Positions 28,414-39,213 of a stretch of 63,933 bases of DNA are shown here, piece by piece. This DNA is from a virus (Duplodnaviria > Caudoviricetes). A program made the position numbers and the translations under genes. The first letter of the stretch is position 1; each line of letters begins with the position of its first letter. The stretch spans positions 1 to 63,933 of the IMG/VR virus record IMGVR_UViG_3300006059_000003. One strand, written 5' to 3'. The notes below the pieces were generated by a model. The model was not told where the DNA came from. It saw nothing but the letters and a program-made list of their open reading frames with translations, and did no database searches.

Positions 28414-28440
28414 CAAAGAAGTTAATCGTCTTTTTTTTTT
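28403..28440 (+). terminator. Intrinsic terminator between chaperone and TMP
   Basis: AAGACGATTAGC/GTTAATCGTCTT stem plus T10. Confidence 0.7.
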
Positions 28441-28476
28441 ATCTATATTTCTCTTTTCTCTGGAAAGGAAATTCCC

Positions 28477-31400
28477 ATGGCAGTAGCCGGAGCATTTACA
28501 GTTGCTCAAATGGTAGCTGTACTATCTGCTGATAGCACTCAATTAGAAAAACGACTTGATAAAGTAGAGTCATTACTTTTACAAACTGCACAAAATGCAG
28601 AAGATATGCGTGACGCTATTGAGAAAGCGGCTACGGGTTCTGCAACAAGTCTTAATAAGTTATTATCTAGTGCAGAAGATACAGAAAGAGGGTTAGCTAA
28701 TCTAGCAGAATTTGAATATCGCACTGGTAAAAAATCTGCGGAAGATTACTCTACATTTCTTTCCCAGAGGATGAACGCCTTCAATACTTTTGAAAGTGAA
28801 TGGCGATCTTCTGCACTTCGTATGGCAGCAGTTGATGCAGATATTGAACGAAAGAAAACCGCACAATATAAAGCTGAATTAGAAATACGTAATAACTTAA
28901 CCAGAGGTTTAGCTATTCGTGGTGGTGCTTCTGCAACAGAATTGAGAAGTGTAGAATCTGCCAACACTTTTGGAGTAATAACTAATACTTCTAATTTATA
29001 CTCTAATGAAGAGAAAATAAGAGCAAGTCAAAGATTTTATCAACTAGAACAGCAACAACGCACAGAAGATGAAGCAGAAGAGAAACGTTATCTAAATACC
29101 CGTTTAGCAGAACTTAAAGCAGAAAGAGACGCAGAAGTTATTGCATCAAGAGAAGCTGATGCTTTAATTATGGCGGCACATAGAGAAGCAGGAGCAGAAT
29201 TTAAGGCTCAACTTCTTTCCCAGGAAGAAGCACAAGCGGCATCGCAAACTAAACGTAAAGCTATTGCAGGAAATATCTCTTCTACTATTCAAAACACAAC
29301 AGCAGGAATTGCAGTAGTTGAAGTAGCTTCTGGAATAATGGCATCTAAGTTTAATTACGACTTACAGACTATTGCTAATAATACCTATATGTCTTCACAA
29401 GAGTTTGAGAATATGAAGAAAGTAACCTTAGATTTATCAAAGTCTACAGGTTCTTCTTTTGACTCTCTAGCACAAGGGTATAGGTTTATTACAGACTTTA
29501 ATTATCGTAATGCTGATGCTACACATATTCTTACTGTAGCTAATAAAGAAGCAGTTGCTACAAATACACAAGTAGAAGCTACAACAAAAACGTTAGCTTC
29601 AACTATGCACATATTTGGTGCAGAAGCTAAAGACGCTGATAGGTATATGGGAATGCTTGATCTTACTGCATCAAGAGGTTCTATTACTATACAGCAACTT
29701 ATTGATAACGTTGGTCCTGCTCTAGCTATTGCGGCAAACTATCATCTAAAGATTGAAGATACTCTTTCTGCACTATCTACTCTTTCTCTTCATGGATTTA
29801 ATGCCTCAGAAGTAACTACACAGATTAAAGGTATTATTAATCATATAGGTGATGCTAGTAAAGGTGCAAGAGAATTTGCTAGAGAACTAGAAAAGATAAC
29901 AGGAGTTCCTTTATCTAAAGATTTTACTGCACAAGGTCTTACTCAAAAAGGATTGCAAGGAGTACTAGCGGATATTCAGCGTGCTACTGGAGGAAATCCA
30001 GAACTTATAGGAAAACTTATTCCTGCTTTACGTGGAGGAGTCGGAGCAAATACTCTAGCAAATTCACTTAAAGAAATGACAGAATTACATACTCAACTAC
30101 AGAGTGTAACAAATGCAAACACAAAAGTAGACGAGAAGTTTAATGCTGTTATGGAAACTTCTGCACAAAAGGTTAAGTCTCTAGTACAGACTATTGAAGC
30201 AGATTTTATTCCTGTAGGTGAAAAAGCTATTGCTTTGTTTGAAAAATGGGAACCATATACCTTACGTTTCTCTAACTTTGTTCTAGGTTTAATGGAGAAT
30301 TTCCAGAAACTTCCAGAACCTATCCAACAAGCAATTACTGTGATTGGTGGACTTTCTCTTCTAAACAAATTTACTGGAATAGGAACTGCTTTAGCAATCC
30401 CAGAAGCAACTATAGCTTCTTTAAAAATGCTTACTTCTATCTTCCCTAGACTTACCCTTGTAGCAGGAGAATCTAGTCTTGCTTTAGGTGTGGCAGGTGC
30501 TACAGAAGCTAGTGTTGGAACTGCTATGACTGCATTTGCTGCAAGTTCTGGACCTGTGTTTCTTGTAATTGCGGCACTAACTGCACTAAGTTGGGAAGGC
30601 TATAATGTTATAGATATGTATAACAAAATGGCTAAAGCACAAGATGATGCCGCAAAGAAAGATAGAGAATTTGCAGAACAAAAAGAGAAGTTTAAGAATC
30701 ACAGTGTTGGTGGATTAATAACTGTAGAAACTCTAGAAGCATCACAGAAACTATCAGACAAGCAGATAGAACTAAAAAGTTTACGTTTCTCTGACGATGC
30801 AGTAAATGTAGCTAAAAAACGTATTCTCCAAAAAGAGATAGCAGATTTAGAGTTACAAATAAAAACAAACAGAGATAAACTTAACTCAGGAACTTTACAT
30901 GAAACTAAATTTGCTACTGCTGATTCTTATGGGATACCTAATAATGGTAGAGAAAATAGTGCTAATCCTCTAGGAGATGTAGTTGCTAGTACTAACTCTT
31001 ATATCAGTGATTCTGTAAATGCTTTAATGTCAGGTAAAGGTCTTACACTTGACATGGTTAATGCTTATATAGAAGCAGATAAAGCGGCAGAAAAAGCACG
31101 TAAACAAGCAGAAGCGGCACGTAAAGAAGCAGAAAAAAGGTATGCACATGAGGTTAATGCGCTACATCTAATTATTAACCTTAAAGAGAAATCGGAAGAA
31201 CTTGATGCACACCATGAAAGAACTAAGGTAGAATCCCTTTTCCAGAAAGGCGGAAGCCTTGCGCTTCTCTCTGGAAAGAAAGGAAATCTACTAAGTATAG
31301 CTGATCTTGCTGATGCTATGGAACATCAGAACTACTTAGATAAGATTATACAACAAGGTAAGGATAGACTTACTATTGGTGGTATGTCTTCTAATGAACA

Positions 31401-33165
31401 AAAAGCTATAGAGATGTTAGGTGGAGGTTCTAAAGGTCTTACTGGATTTAACTCATTAGGTCAAGATCAACGTTCTGATTTCTTGAAACAGGTAAGAGAT
31501 TTAACTGTATCTGGAGAAACTAAGAAAGCAAAAGAAGAGTTAGCAGATTTAAACCTTCAATTAGCATCATTAGGAAATCCTGCTAAACTAGCCGCAATTC
31601 AATCCGTAGCACAAGGTTCCGCTAAAGTATGGAAAGATTTGTCGGATACTTTAAAAGCTGATGCTATTGATGCAGAGAAAGAGAAGTTATCTGCAAAAGG
31701 TATACTTTCTCTTCAAGAAAAATATAATGTACCTATTGCTAATGATACTACTGAGAAAGAAACAGAAGTACAGAAAGCAATAAAAGACATTAATGAGTTA
31801 AAGCAGAATTTAGGTGGATTAGCTTACTCTTATGAAATACTAAAGAGAGGAGGAGAAGGAGCAATTATTGCAGAAGCTGAATTAAGAGATCAAGAAATTG
31901 CGGCTAAAGATGCTTTAGTTCAACGTAAGATTCTCAATGAGACAGTAACAGAAAGTAATAATCATATTAAGGAATTACAGACTAATATGGTTATGATGTA
32001 TTCTCCTTCTCAGAAAGCAGTAATTCAATGGGAAGACACAAACCGTAAAGCAATTAAGGAACTACATAAAGATATTGGTGATCTTGCTGACGAGTATGTA
32101 TTTCTTGCAGAAGCACAAATTGCAAGTAATGTAAACAGAGAAGCAGTAATCAATACCTATAACAACGCTTCTACTTCCCTTGTAGACTCCTTGAAACAAG
32201 CTAATGCAATTAAGTCTAGTGACCCTTTCCAGATATGGCTACAATCATATATGCAGTTACAGCAAACTGTTTCTGCTGATGGTGGTATTTCCTACACTAT
32301 AGGTCTTCCTACTGGAACTGATGTAGGAATTATGAGACAGATTTACGATCAAATCTATCAGATACAACAACAAATAAAACTGTACGATATGATTAAATCT
32401 GGAGAATCTGGACTAGCATCTTCTGTAATGGGTGGACTTAATGCTGCATTTAATCCAGATCAAAGTGTAAGAAGTTCTCTACAGCAAACACTGTTATCAC
32501 AGAAACAACAGTATATGGAGTATCAAGTAGCAGAAGCACAGTACAAACAGAAGTATCCTAATTCTGGTAATGACCCATATATTCAACGTCTGAAAGATTT
32601 ACAGAACATGATAGACGGTACACAGAATAAGATAGACAAGATGGGTAACTCCTTAGTTAATACTTTTAACAGAGCATTTGATTCTATAGTGAAATCTTTT
32701 GAAAACACTTTACAGAAAATGGCTATGGAGTATTTACAGTCTCAATTACTACAGTACATTCAACGTCAAGCAGGGAATCCTTTTGGTGGAAGTACAGGAG
32801 CAAGTAAGGGAAGTGTAGGTTTAATTTCTACAGGAATTAATCTAGGACTACAAGCATGGGGAATGTTTGGTGGAGGAGGTAGTACTGGAGGAACTGGAGT
32901 AGATTATAGTGTTGCCCCATTACCTGATTATGGTGGAAGTGTAGGAACTGGCGGAGTGTGGGACACAGTAAATACTACTGCACTTTCTAGGTCTGTGATG
33001 ATTCCGGGTGCAGGATTCTCTTCCAGAAGAAGCGCGGGTTCCGCGCAAATGATTCAGCATAATCAAATAACTATAAATACTCCAGATACACAAACAATGC
33101 GAAGATCGAGAGCAACAATTCAACAAGAGTTCGCTAAGATAGCCGCAGTACCCTTTAGAAAGTAG
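28477..33165 (+). CDS. Tape measure protein
   Basis: 1562 aa, helical Ala/Lys/Glu-rich, TP901-type core, hydrophobic segments. Confidence 0.9.
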   Translation: MAVAGAFTVAQMVAVLSADSTQLEKRLDKVESLLLQTAQNAEDMRDAIEKAATGSATSLNKLLSSAEDTERGLANLAEFEYRTGKKSAEDYSTFLSQRMNAFNTFESEWRSSALRMAAVDADIERKKTAQYKAELEIRNNLTRGLAIRGGASATELRSVESANTFGVITNTSNLYSNEEKIRASQRFYQLEQQQRTEDEAEEKRYLNTRLAELKAERDAEVIASREADALIMAAHREAGAEFKAQLLSQEEAQAASQTKRKAIAGNISSTIQNTTAGIAVVEVASGIMASKFNYDLQTIANNTYMSSQEFENMKKVTLDLSKSTGSSFDSLAQGYRFITDFNYRNADATHILTVANKEAVATNTQVEATTKTLASTMHIFGAEAKDADRYMGMLDLTASRGSITIQQLIDNVGPALAIAANYHLKIEDTLSALSTLSLHGFNASEVTTQIKGIINHIGDASKGAREFARELEKITGVPLSKDFTAQGLTQKGLQGVLADIQRATGGNPELIGKLIPALRGGVGANTLANSLKEMTELHTQLQSVTNANTKVDEKFNAVMETSAQKVKSLVQTIEADFIPVGEKAIALFEKWEPYTLRFSNFVLGLMENFQKLPEPIQQAITVIGGLSLLNKFTGIGTALAIPEATIASLKMLTSIFPRLTLVAGESSLALGVAGATEASVGTAMTAFAASSGPVFLVIAALTALSWEGYNVIDMYNKMAKAQDDAAKKDREFAEQKEKFKNHSVGGLITVETLEASQKLSDKQIELKSLRFSDDAVNVAKKRILQKEIADLELQIKTNRDKLNSGTLHETKFATADSYGIPNNGRENSANPLGDVVASTNSYISDSVNALMSGKGLTLDMVNAYIEADKAAEKARKQAEAARKEAEKRYAHEVNALHLIINLKEKSEELDAHHERTKVESLFQKGGSLALLSGKKGNLLSIADLADAMEHQNYLDKIIQQGKDRLTIGGMSSNEQKAIEMLGGGSKGLTGFNSLGQDQRSDFLKQVRDLTVSGETKKAKEELADLNLQLASLGNPAKLAAIQSVAQGSAKVWKDLSDTLKADAIDAEKEKLSAKGILSLQEKYNVPIANDTTEKETEVQKAIKDINELKQNLGGLAYSYEILKRGGEGAIIAEAELRDQEIAAKDALVQRKILNETVTESNNHIKELQTNMVMMYSPSQKAVIQWEDTNRKAIKELHKDIGDLADEYVFLAEAQIASNVNREAVINTYNNASTSLVDSLKQANAIKSSDPFQIWLQSYMQLQQTVSADGGISYTIGLPTGTDVGIMRQIYDQIYQIQQQIKLYDMIKSGESGLASSVMGGLNAAFNPDQSVRSSLQQTLLSQKQQYMEYQVAEAQYKQKYPNSGNDPYIQRLKDLQNMIDGTQNKIDKMGNSLVNTFNRAFDSIVKSFENTLQKMAMEYLQSQLLQYIQRQAGNPFGGSTGASKGSVGLISTGINLGLQAWGMFGGGGSTGGTGVDYSVAPLPDYGGSVGTGGVWDTVNTTALSRSVMIPGAGFSSRRSAGSAQMIQHNQITINTPDTQTMRRSRATIQQEFAKIAAVPFRK

Positions 33166-33174
33166 AGGTAATAT

Positions 33175-33834
33175 ATGAGTACTCCTGGCTTTCTGGAAAT
33201 ACAACTTAATCCAGATATTGCGTATGGTACTAAAGGAGGATTGTCATATACCTCTGTAGTAGTTACTAACCAGACTAGAGTAGAAACTAGGTTCCAGCAA
33301 CAGAGTAGAGGATTTTGGAAATTCAATTTAGGATACAATACTAAAAGTAAGAAAGTAATGGCAGGAATTCAAGCCTTCTTCCAACAGGTACAAGGAAAGA
33401 CTTATGGTTGGAGGTTTAGAAACTATAGAGAATACTATACTTCTATTACTGACTATATTGATGCAACTTCTCCACCTACTCCTGTCAAGGAACCTATAAC
33501 TACTTATGCTAGTGGAACTACTATGCAGTTAATCCATACCAGACGGCCTGGGACTTCTACAGCAGAGATAGTTCCTATACGTAAACCAGATATGACTGTC
33601 CCTATAAAACTTTATAGGGATGGTTCTGGTACTGAATGGCCTAATACAAACTACACACTAGACACCACTACTGGAATAGTTACATTTAATACCTCTCAAA
33701 CGGGGCATACTTTCTCGTGGTTAGGGTATTGGGATACTCCTTGTAGATTTGATGTAGATTCTCCTGACATATCTTGGGATGATTTTGATATATTCAGTTG
33801 GTCTGGTATTAACATAATGGAAATAGTGACGTAG
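33175..33834 (+). CDS. Distal tail protein (DUF2460, GTA-like)
   Basis: YGTKGG.SY.TSVV...AFFQQVQGKTYGWRFR...DTPCRFD. Confidence 0.8.
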   Translation: MSTPGFLEIQLNPDIAYGTKGGLSYTSVVVTNQTRVETRFQQQSRGFWKFNLGYNTKSKKVMAGIQAFFQQVQGKTYGWRFRNYREYYTSITDYIDATSPPTPVKEPITTYASGTTMQLIHTRRPGTSTAEIVPIRKPDMTVPIKLYRDGSGTEWPNTNYTLDTTTGIVTFNTSQTGHTFSWLGYWDTPCRFDVDSPDISWDDFDIFSWSGINIMEIVT

Positions 33835-33842
33835 GAATTACA

Positions 33843-34724
33843 ATGCCTAAAACAATAAACAGTTCTCTTCTAGCATATATAGCCGGACCTGTAGTTACTA
33901 TTGCTGTTCTAGTTCTAATAACTAGAGTAGATGGTACTATCATGGGATTTACCAGTTGGGACACTACTATTAACTACTCAGGAGTAGATTATGTACCTGC
34001 AATTAGTATGTCTCCTAGTACTATAAAATCTACATCTACTGGCACTACAGATCAAATGGATATCATAGGTGCAATAGATAGTGTTCTTATTACTGATACA
34101 GATATTTATGCCGGAAGGTATGATAATGCTTCTGTAAGGGTAATGAGAATTAACCCTTACCAGACAGGATGGGGAGTTATAGTTGATCTTGTAGGAACTT
34201 TAGGAACTGTAGACTATGGTGATGGTAGATTTCAAGTAGCAATTAATGCTATGTCTAATCAGTTGTCTATGATGATTGGAGATATAATTTCTCCAACTTG
34301 CAGGGTAAAACAACTAGGAGATTCTCAATGTAAAGTAACTATAGCTTCTTATAGATTTGCTAAAACAGTAGTTTCTGTTAGTGGTGGTAATCGTGTGCTT
34401 ACATTTTCTGATGCACATGCTACAGGTTATTTTGATTACGGTATGGTTAGATTTAATTCCTATGGTACTGGTGGAGGATTAAACTACCTTATCAATATGG
34501 AGATAAAGACTTCTACACAAGCGGCAGGAGTTACTACAATTACTTTACAGGAACCTATGCCCTATACTGTATCACCTGGAGATTCTGTAGTATTAGAAGC
34601 AGGTTGTGATCGTAATGCAACTACTTGCCGTGCTAAATTTTCTAATCTTGTGAACTTCCATGCAGAACCATATGTACCAGGTAACGATTATCTAATTCGT
34701 ACAGCTAGACAACCTGGAACCTAA
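33843..34724 (+). CDS. Baseplate hub (DUF2163/BR0599, GTA-like)
   Basis: ITRVDGT.MGFT, GRYDNA, CRVKQLGDSQC, GCDR...C..KFSN..NF..EP..PG. Confidence 0.85.
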   Translation: MPKTINSSLLAYIAGPVVTIAVLVLITRVDGTIMGFTSWDTTINYSGVDYVPAISMSPSTIKSTSTGTTDQMDIIGAIDSVLITDTDIYAGRYDNASVRVMRINPYQTGWGVIVDLVGTLGTVDYGDGRFQVAINAMSNQLSMMIGDIISPTCRVKQLGDSQCKVTIASYRFAKTVVSVSGGNRVLTFSDAHATGYFDYGMVRFNSYGTGGGLNYLINMEIKTSTQAAGVTTITLQEPMPYTVSPGDSVVLEAGCDRNATTCRAKFSNLVNFHAEPYVPGNDYLIRTARQPGT

Positions 34725-34752
34725 TCGAATTCTCTGGAAAGGAAAACAATTT

Positions 34753-35223
34753 ATGTTAGTATCTACACTGACAGCAGAAATGAGAACTCATATAGGAACT
34801 CCTTTTCATAATGGAGGGAGAGTTTCTGGACCTAATGGAGGAATTGATTGCGGAGGATTATTAGCAGTATCGTTAAGAAACTTAGGTTATGAAGTAGTAG
34901 ATATACCTAACTTTAATCCTAAATCAGACAGTATAGAACTTATGACAGAAGTGTTAATAGATAACAACTTCATAAATCAAGGTTTACCTTTATTATCTGA
35001 GGATAGAATTTTCCTTCCAGGAAATGTTGCAATCGTTCGCGGATTGCGAATGAATCACCATATGGTTTACTTTAGTACAGGAACTCAACTTTATGCTACT
35101 CCTAATATTATCCATGCTTATAATTCTTCTGGAATAAATAAAGTAGTAGAAATGCCTATGCCTCAATCATGGATAGAAAATATTCATTCTATATGGAGAT
35201 TAGAAGGATTAGAAGAAGGTTAA
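34753..35223 (+). CDS. Tail-associated NlpC/P60 peptidase
   Basis: IGTPFHNGGR...GIDCGGL...HH...IIHAY. Confidence 0.85.
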   Translation: MLVSTLTAEMRTHIGTPFHNGGRVSGPNGGIDCGGLLAVSLRNLGYEVVDIPNFNPKSDSIELMTEVLIDNNFINQGLPLLSEDRIFLPGNVAIVRGLRMNHHMVYFSTGTQLYATPNIIHAYNSSGINKVVEMPMPQSWIENIHSIWRLEGLEEG

Positions 35224-35229
35224 TACGAT

Positions 35230-38190
35230 ATGGCTACTTTAGTCTTAGGTGTGGCAGGTGCAGTAGTTGGAGGTATTGCTACAGGAGGTTCTCCACAAGG
35301 GATAATGTTAGGTTGGTCTGTAGGAGCTACATTAGGTGGTTTTATAGATCAATCAAAGCAACACTTCTATACTTCCGATATGGGTAAACTATCAGACCTA
35401 AGAGTTACTGTAGCCTCTTATGGTTCTTTTATTACTCAGGCTTTTGGGCATGTTAGAGTTCCTACATCGCTAATATGGGGAACTGATTTTGTAGAACACG
35501 AATCAGATGTAAATAGTGGAGGAGGTTCGGGTGGTCCTAAAGTAACTACACGAACTTATGCTTATACTGTATCTTTTGCAATAGCTATTTGTAAAGGTCA
35601 AGCATCTACATCTACTATGACTATCACCAAAATCTTTGGTGATGATTTACTTATATATGATTCCTCTCTTGCTAATACAGAAACTAATATTATAGATTCT
35701 TCTTCTGTACATTCTGGAAAAGAAATTAATCCTGTTGTTGGATTTGATGGATTAAGTATTAGATGGTATTGTGGTAATGAGACACAAGATGCAGATTCGT
35801 TAATGGTAGTTTCTGCTGGTACTACAGCTTTACCTGCTGGTTCTGATAATCCTGCATTTAGAGGATTGTGTTATGCAGTATTTCAAGATTTACCACTAGC
35901 TAAATTCGGAAACAGAATTCCTAATATTAGTGTAGAACTTTCTACTCCTGATAACCTTTCGACAATAGTAAATCAGATAACAGATCAAGTTGGGATTAAT
36001 CTTTCAGGTGGTCCTTATGGTACTCTAGTAACTACTACTATAGCAGGAATAACTATAGGTGGTATGCTAATTTCCAGTAGAATAGATTGTAAAAGTGCAT
36101 TACAAGCGTTAATGGATTTTTATGATTTCGATATAGTAGAAATCGATGGAAGTGTAACTTGTATACTTCGTGGAGCAAGTACTATTGCAACACTATCTTA
36201 TGTTGATATGGGATATACTTCTGTAGGTTCTGGACCTGCACCTGAAATACAAAGACTAATAAAAACTAGACAAGATACTTCTACTCTTCCTTCCAGAGTA
36301 GACGTAGGCTACCTAAGTTCTAATATAGATTATCAGAACGCAACACAAGCGGCATTAAGGTTAAGTGCTAGACATAATAACTTTGCTTCTTTTCAGTATC
36401 CCTTAGTTCTTACAGACGATCAAGGTAGACAATTCGCAGAGCGAAAGCTGTATATTCTCTGGGTGGAAAAAGAGACATATCAGATTTCAGTATCCCCTTC
36501 TTTTGCTAATCTAGTTCCTACAGATTGCCTTATGATTCAGATTGATTCTTATGGTAATACTCAACGTGCAAGAATTACAGAACTAGAAGGAGGTTCTCTA
36601 GGAGAAATAAAACTCACTTTAGTAAAAGATGAAGATGCAGTTTATACACAAAGTATTACGGGTACTACTCCTACCGGAGGAACTACAGGAGTTCCGGTAG
36701 TAACGACTGACTTCTTTGTATGGTCTGGTACGGAACTCTCTGATACTGACAGTACCTCTCCTGGCTTCTACGTTGCCGTTTCAGGTGCCTCCGGGTGGCA
36801 AGGCGGGATAATTTACGTTTCCGTAGGTGGAGGAGCGTATACGGCGGTAGGGACGATTTCTCAAAGATCGGTTTTTGGAACTGTAAGTAATGTATTAGGG
36901 AACACTTATGTCCCTGATGGGAATGGATTTGATGTAACAAATACTTTAAATGTCATAACTAATGGAGTACTTAATTCTACAGATGAAAACTCTGTATTAA
37001 ATGGATTAGGTAATTATGGTTTACTAATGGATTACATTGGTAATAATTCTCCATTAACTTCTTATGAGATTTTTGGATTCGATACTGCTACACTAACTTC
37101 TACAAACCACTATACCTTATCAGGATTTCTTCGTTCCCAGAGAAATACTGTAGTAACTGGACACCTCTCCACAGATAGATTCGTGCAGTTAAGTTCTGCT
37201 ATCCAGAGAATTATTGTTGCAGAAAATCTAATAGGCCAGGATATTAATGTTAAGGTAGCTTCTCCATCAGTCGATCTAACTACGGTAACTGCACAGACTA
37301 TTAAAATTGCTACACCTTCTCATATTTATGCTTCTCCTGCTGATGCAACTTCTGCGGCTAATGCAACACGTACTCCCTATTGGAGAATTAGAGGATACTT
37401 AGGTGGACATAAGGGAGTCCTAGATTCTACATACTTCCTGGCAAGTAACGGTACTCCCCAAGCTAATCATCAATATACTACATTTACTGTAGTAATAAGT
37501 ACTACTGGATTAATAACAGGTTCTTATACTATTACAGTAAATGATATAACTAAAGCTAGTTCCCAAACTGCTACTATTCTAGTAACAGATACTACAGCAA
37601 ACATAAAGACAAAAATAGAAGCATTGTCTAATGTAGGAGCAGGAAATACTTCTATTACTGGAACTCCTACAAACTACACTCTAACTTTTACTGGTACTTC
37701 TATCTTTATTGACCTAATAAAGATAACTTCAAATAGTTCTGGTATTGGAGGGTTGCTGACTTCTTTTGTACAAACTTATGTAGAAGGTACACACGATAAA
37801 TTCTGGCAAGAATCATCCTTATCTCCTATAGATGTTTCATGGCGATATGAAACACCTGGAATGGGATACAACATGTATGCCAGAATTAATATAAAAAATA
37901 CGACAGGCTCTACTAAGTCGTTTAATTGGTGGATTCCAGCGTTTGATAATCACATGGTAGTAATAATTAATGGAACCACAGTATTTTCGGATGGTGTAAT
38001 AACTTCGGGAGAAACTACAGATGCTACACAAACCGGGGGTCCGATTGCAGTAACAGCAGGAACAACCTATTTGATAGAGATTTTCTACAGTAATAATCCT
38101 GCTACTTATGACCCTACAGATCAAGGAGTAGTAACATTTATTACAGATGCTTTAGCAAATGGTTTAACGTGGGTAGATGCAGGAGTTTAA
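35230..38190 (+). CDS. Central tail tip / host-specificity protein (GTA megatron-like) with C-terminal PA14-like domain
   Basis: YTVSFAIAIC, PAFRGLCYAVFQDLPLAKFGNRIPN; C-terminal DN..VVIING...IAVTAG..YLIEIFY. Confidence 0.85.
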   Translation: MATLVLGVAGAVVGGIATGGSPQGIMLGWSVGATLGGFIDQSKQHFYTSDMGKLSDLRVTVASYGSFITQAFGHVRVPTSLIWGTDFVEHESDVNSGGGSGGPKVTTRTYAYTVSFAIAICKGQASTSTMTITKIFGDDLLIYDSSLANTETNIIDSSSVHSGKEINPVVGFDGLSIRWYCGNETQDADSLMVVSAGTTALPAGSDNPAFRGLCYAVFQDLPLAKFGNRIPNISVELSTPDNLSTIVNQITDQVGINLSGGPYGTLVTTTIAGITIGGMLISSRIDCKSALQALMDFYDFDIVEIDGSVTCILRGASTIATLSYVDMGYTSVGSGPAPEIQRLIKTRQDTSTLPSRVDVGYLSSNIDYQNATQAALRLSARHNNFASFQYPLVLTDDQGRQFAERKLYILWVEKETYQISVSPSFANLVPTDCLMIQIDSYGNTQRARITELEGGSLGEIKLTLVKDEDAVYTQSITGTTPTGGTTGVPVVTTDFFVWSGTELSDTDSTSPGFYVAVSGASGWQGGIIYVSVGGGAYTAVGTISQRSVFGTVSNVLGNTYVPDGNGFDVTNTLNVITNGVLNSTDENSVLNGLGNYGLLMDYIGNNSPLTSYEIFGFDTATLTSTNHYTLSGFLRSQRNTVVTGHLSTDRFVQLSSAIQRIIVAENLIGQDINVKVASPSVDLTTVTAQTIKIATPSHIYASPADATSAANATRTPYWRIRGYLGGHKGVLDSTYFLASNGTPQANHQYTTFTVVISTTGLITGSYTITVNDITKASSQTATILVTDTTANIKTKIEALSNVGAGNTSITGTPTNYTLTFTGTSIFIDLIKITSNSSGIGGLLTSFVQTYVEGTHDKFWQESSLSPIDVSWRYETPGMGYNMYARINIKNTTGSTKSFNWWIPAFDNHMVVIINGTTVFSDGVITSGETTDATQTGGPIAVTAGTTYLIEIFYSNNPATYDPTDQGVVTFITDALANGLTWVDAGV

Positions 38191-38240
38191 CACAAACAAC
38201 AAATAAACTAATAAAGAAACAACAAGTAAGGTGTTAGACT

Positions 38241-38627
38241 ATGCCAGATAGTAGAGAAGAGAAAAAGTACACAGAAGCAGAAATAGGAAATGCCATAAAT
38301 CATATGGTAACAGGAGATAATACAGAAGAAAATATGTTTAATAAAACAGTAAGTGTATCAAATCTTGTTATAGCGACTTGCATGTTGATACTGGCTTTGA
38401 TGGTAGCCGCTAGTAGTATCTACAATGGGTTAGGTACAAAGCTAGATGCAGTTACTCAGAAAGCAGATATGGCAGTCACTAGAGAAGAAGCTATAACAGA
38501 TAGAGTACTTTCTCTGGAAAGGAAAGGTGAATATTACGAAACTCTTATTCAACAAAGAACTCTACAACTAAGTGACTTAAAAGAACGTTTAGTTAGAATA
38601 GAAACTAAACTAGATAAAGAAAGATGA
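38241..38627 (+). CDS. Membrane protein with coiled coil (holin/spanin-like)
   Basis: One TM helix and RLVRIETKLD C-terminus. Confidence 0.55.
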   Translation: MPDSREEKKYTEAEIGNAINHMVTGDNTEENMFNKTVSVSNLVIATCMLILALMVAASSIYNGLGTKLDAVTQKADMAVTREEAITDRVLSLERKGEYYETLIQQRTLQLSDLKERLVRIETKLDKER

Positions 38628-38660
38628 AGTAGAGAGTAAGTAAGAAGGAAACAAACACTA

Positions 38661-38981
38661 ATGAAGTTCTTATCATGGACTCCCGATCAAATATCAAATC
38701 TCATTGTACAACTTACAGCATTAGTTGGTGGAGTAGCAGTAGTAATTAATGCAGTAAGAGGATTAAAGAATTCAGTACCTAACGAGACAGTACATAAAAT
38801 CATTGACAGTAACACTACTGCTAATGCCTCTAAACCTACAGTAACTACACAAACTACTCAATCGCCGGACGGTTCTCTTAATGTGAGTACTACAGAAGGA
38901 AATTCTCTTCCAGAGAAAACAACGGAACCCAGTGTTTTGGAAAGTACTGGTACTCCTATAATTGTTGCACCTAATCCGTAA
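38661..38981 (+). CDS. Holin-like membrane protein
   Basis: N-terminal TM helix; last late gene before terminator. Confidence 0.5.
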   Translation: MKFLSWTPDQISNLIVQLTALVGGVAVVINAVRGLKNSVPNETVHKIIDSNTTANASKPTVTTQTTQSPDGSLNVSTTEGNSLPEKTTEPSVLESTGTPIIVAPNP

Positions 38982-39122
38982 AAAATTGCAACAACCTAAA
39001 TCTCTGAAAATTTTTCAAAATCAGAACAAAACAGGTTTTTGAAAATGCGCGAAAGTGCAAAAAAGCGTCATTTTGAAATTCGATTTTGCATGTTTTTCTC
39101 TGGAAAAGAGAGAAAAAATAAT

Positions 39123-39153
39123 AGTCCAACCACGTCCGGTTGGGCTTTTTTTT
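39123..39153 (+). terminator. Intrinsic terminator ending the late region
   Basis: AGTCCAACC/GGTTGGGCT plus T8. Confidence 0.8.
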
Positions 39154-39213
39154 GTCTAATTTCTCTGTATATCTATTAATCTGTTATACTGTATTAAGGA
39201 AATTTAGGTGACG

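Noticed and set aside
35230-38190. Diversity-generating retroelement acting on the tail tip
   Set aside because: No reverse transcriptase and no template/variable repeat pair were seen.
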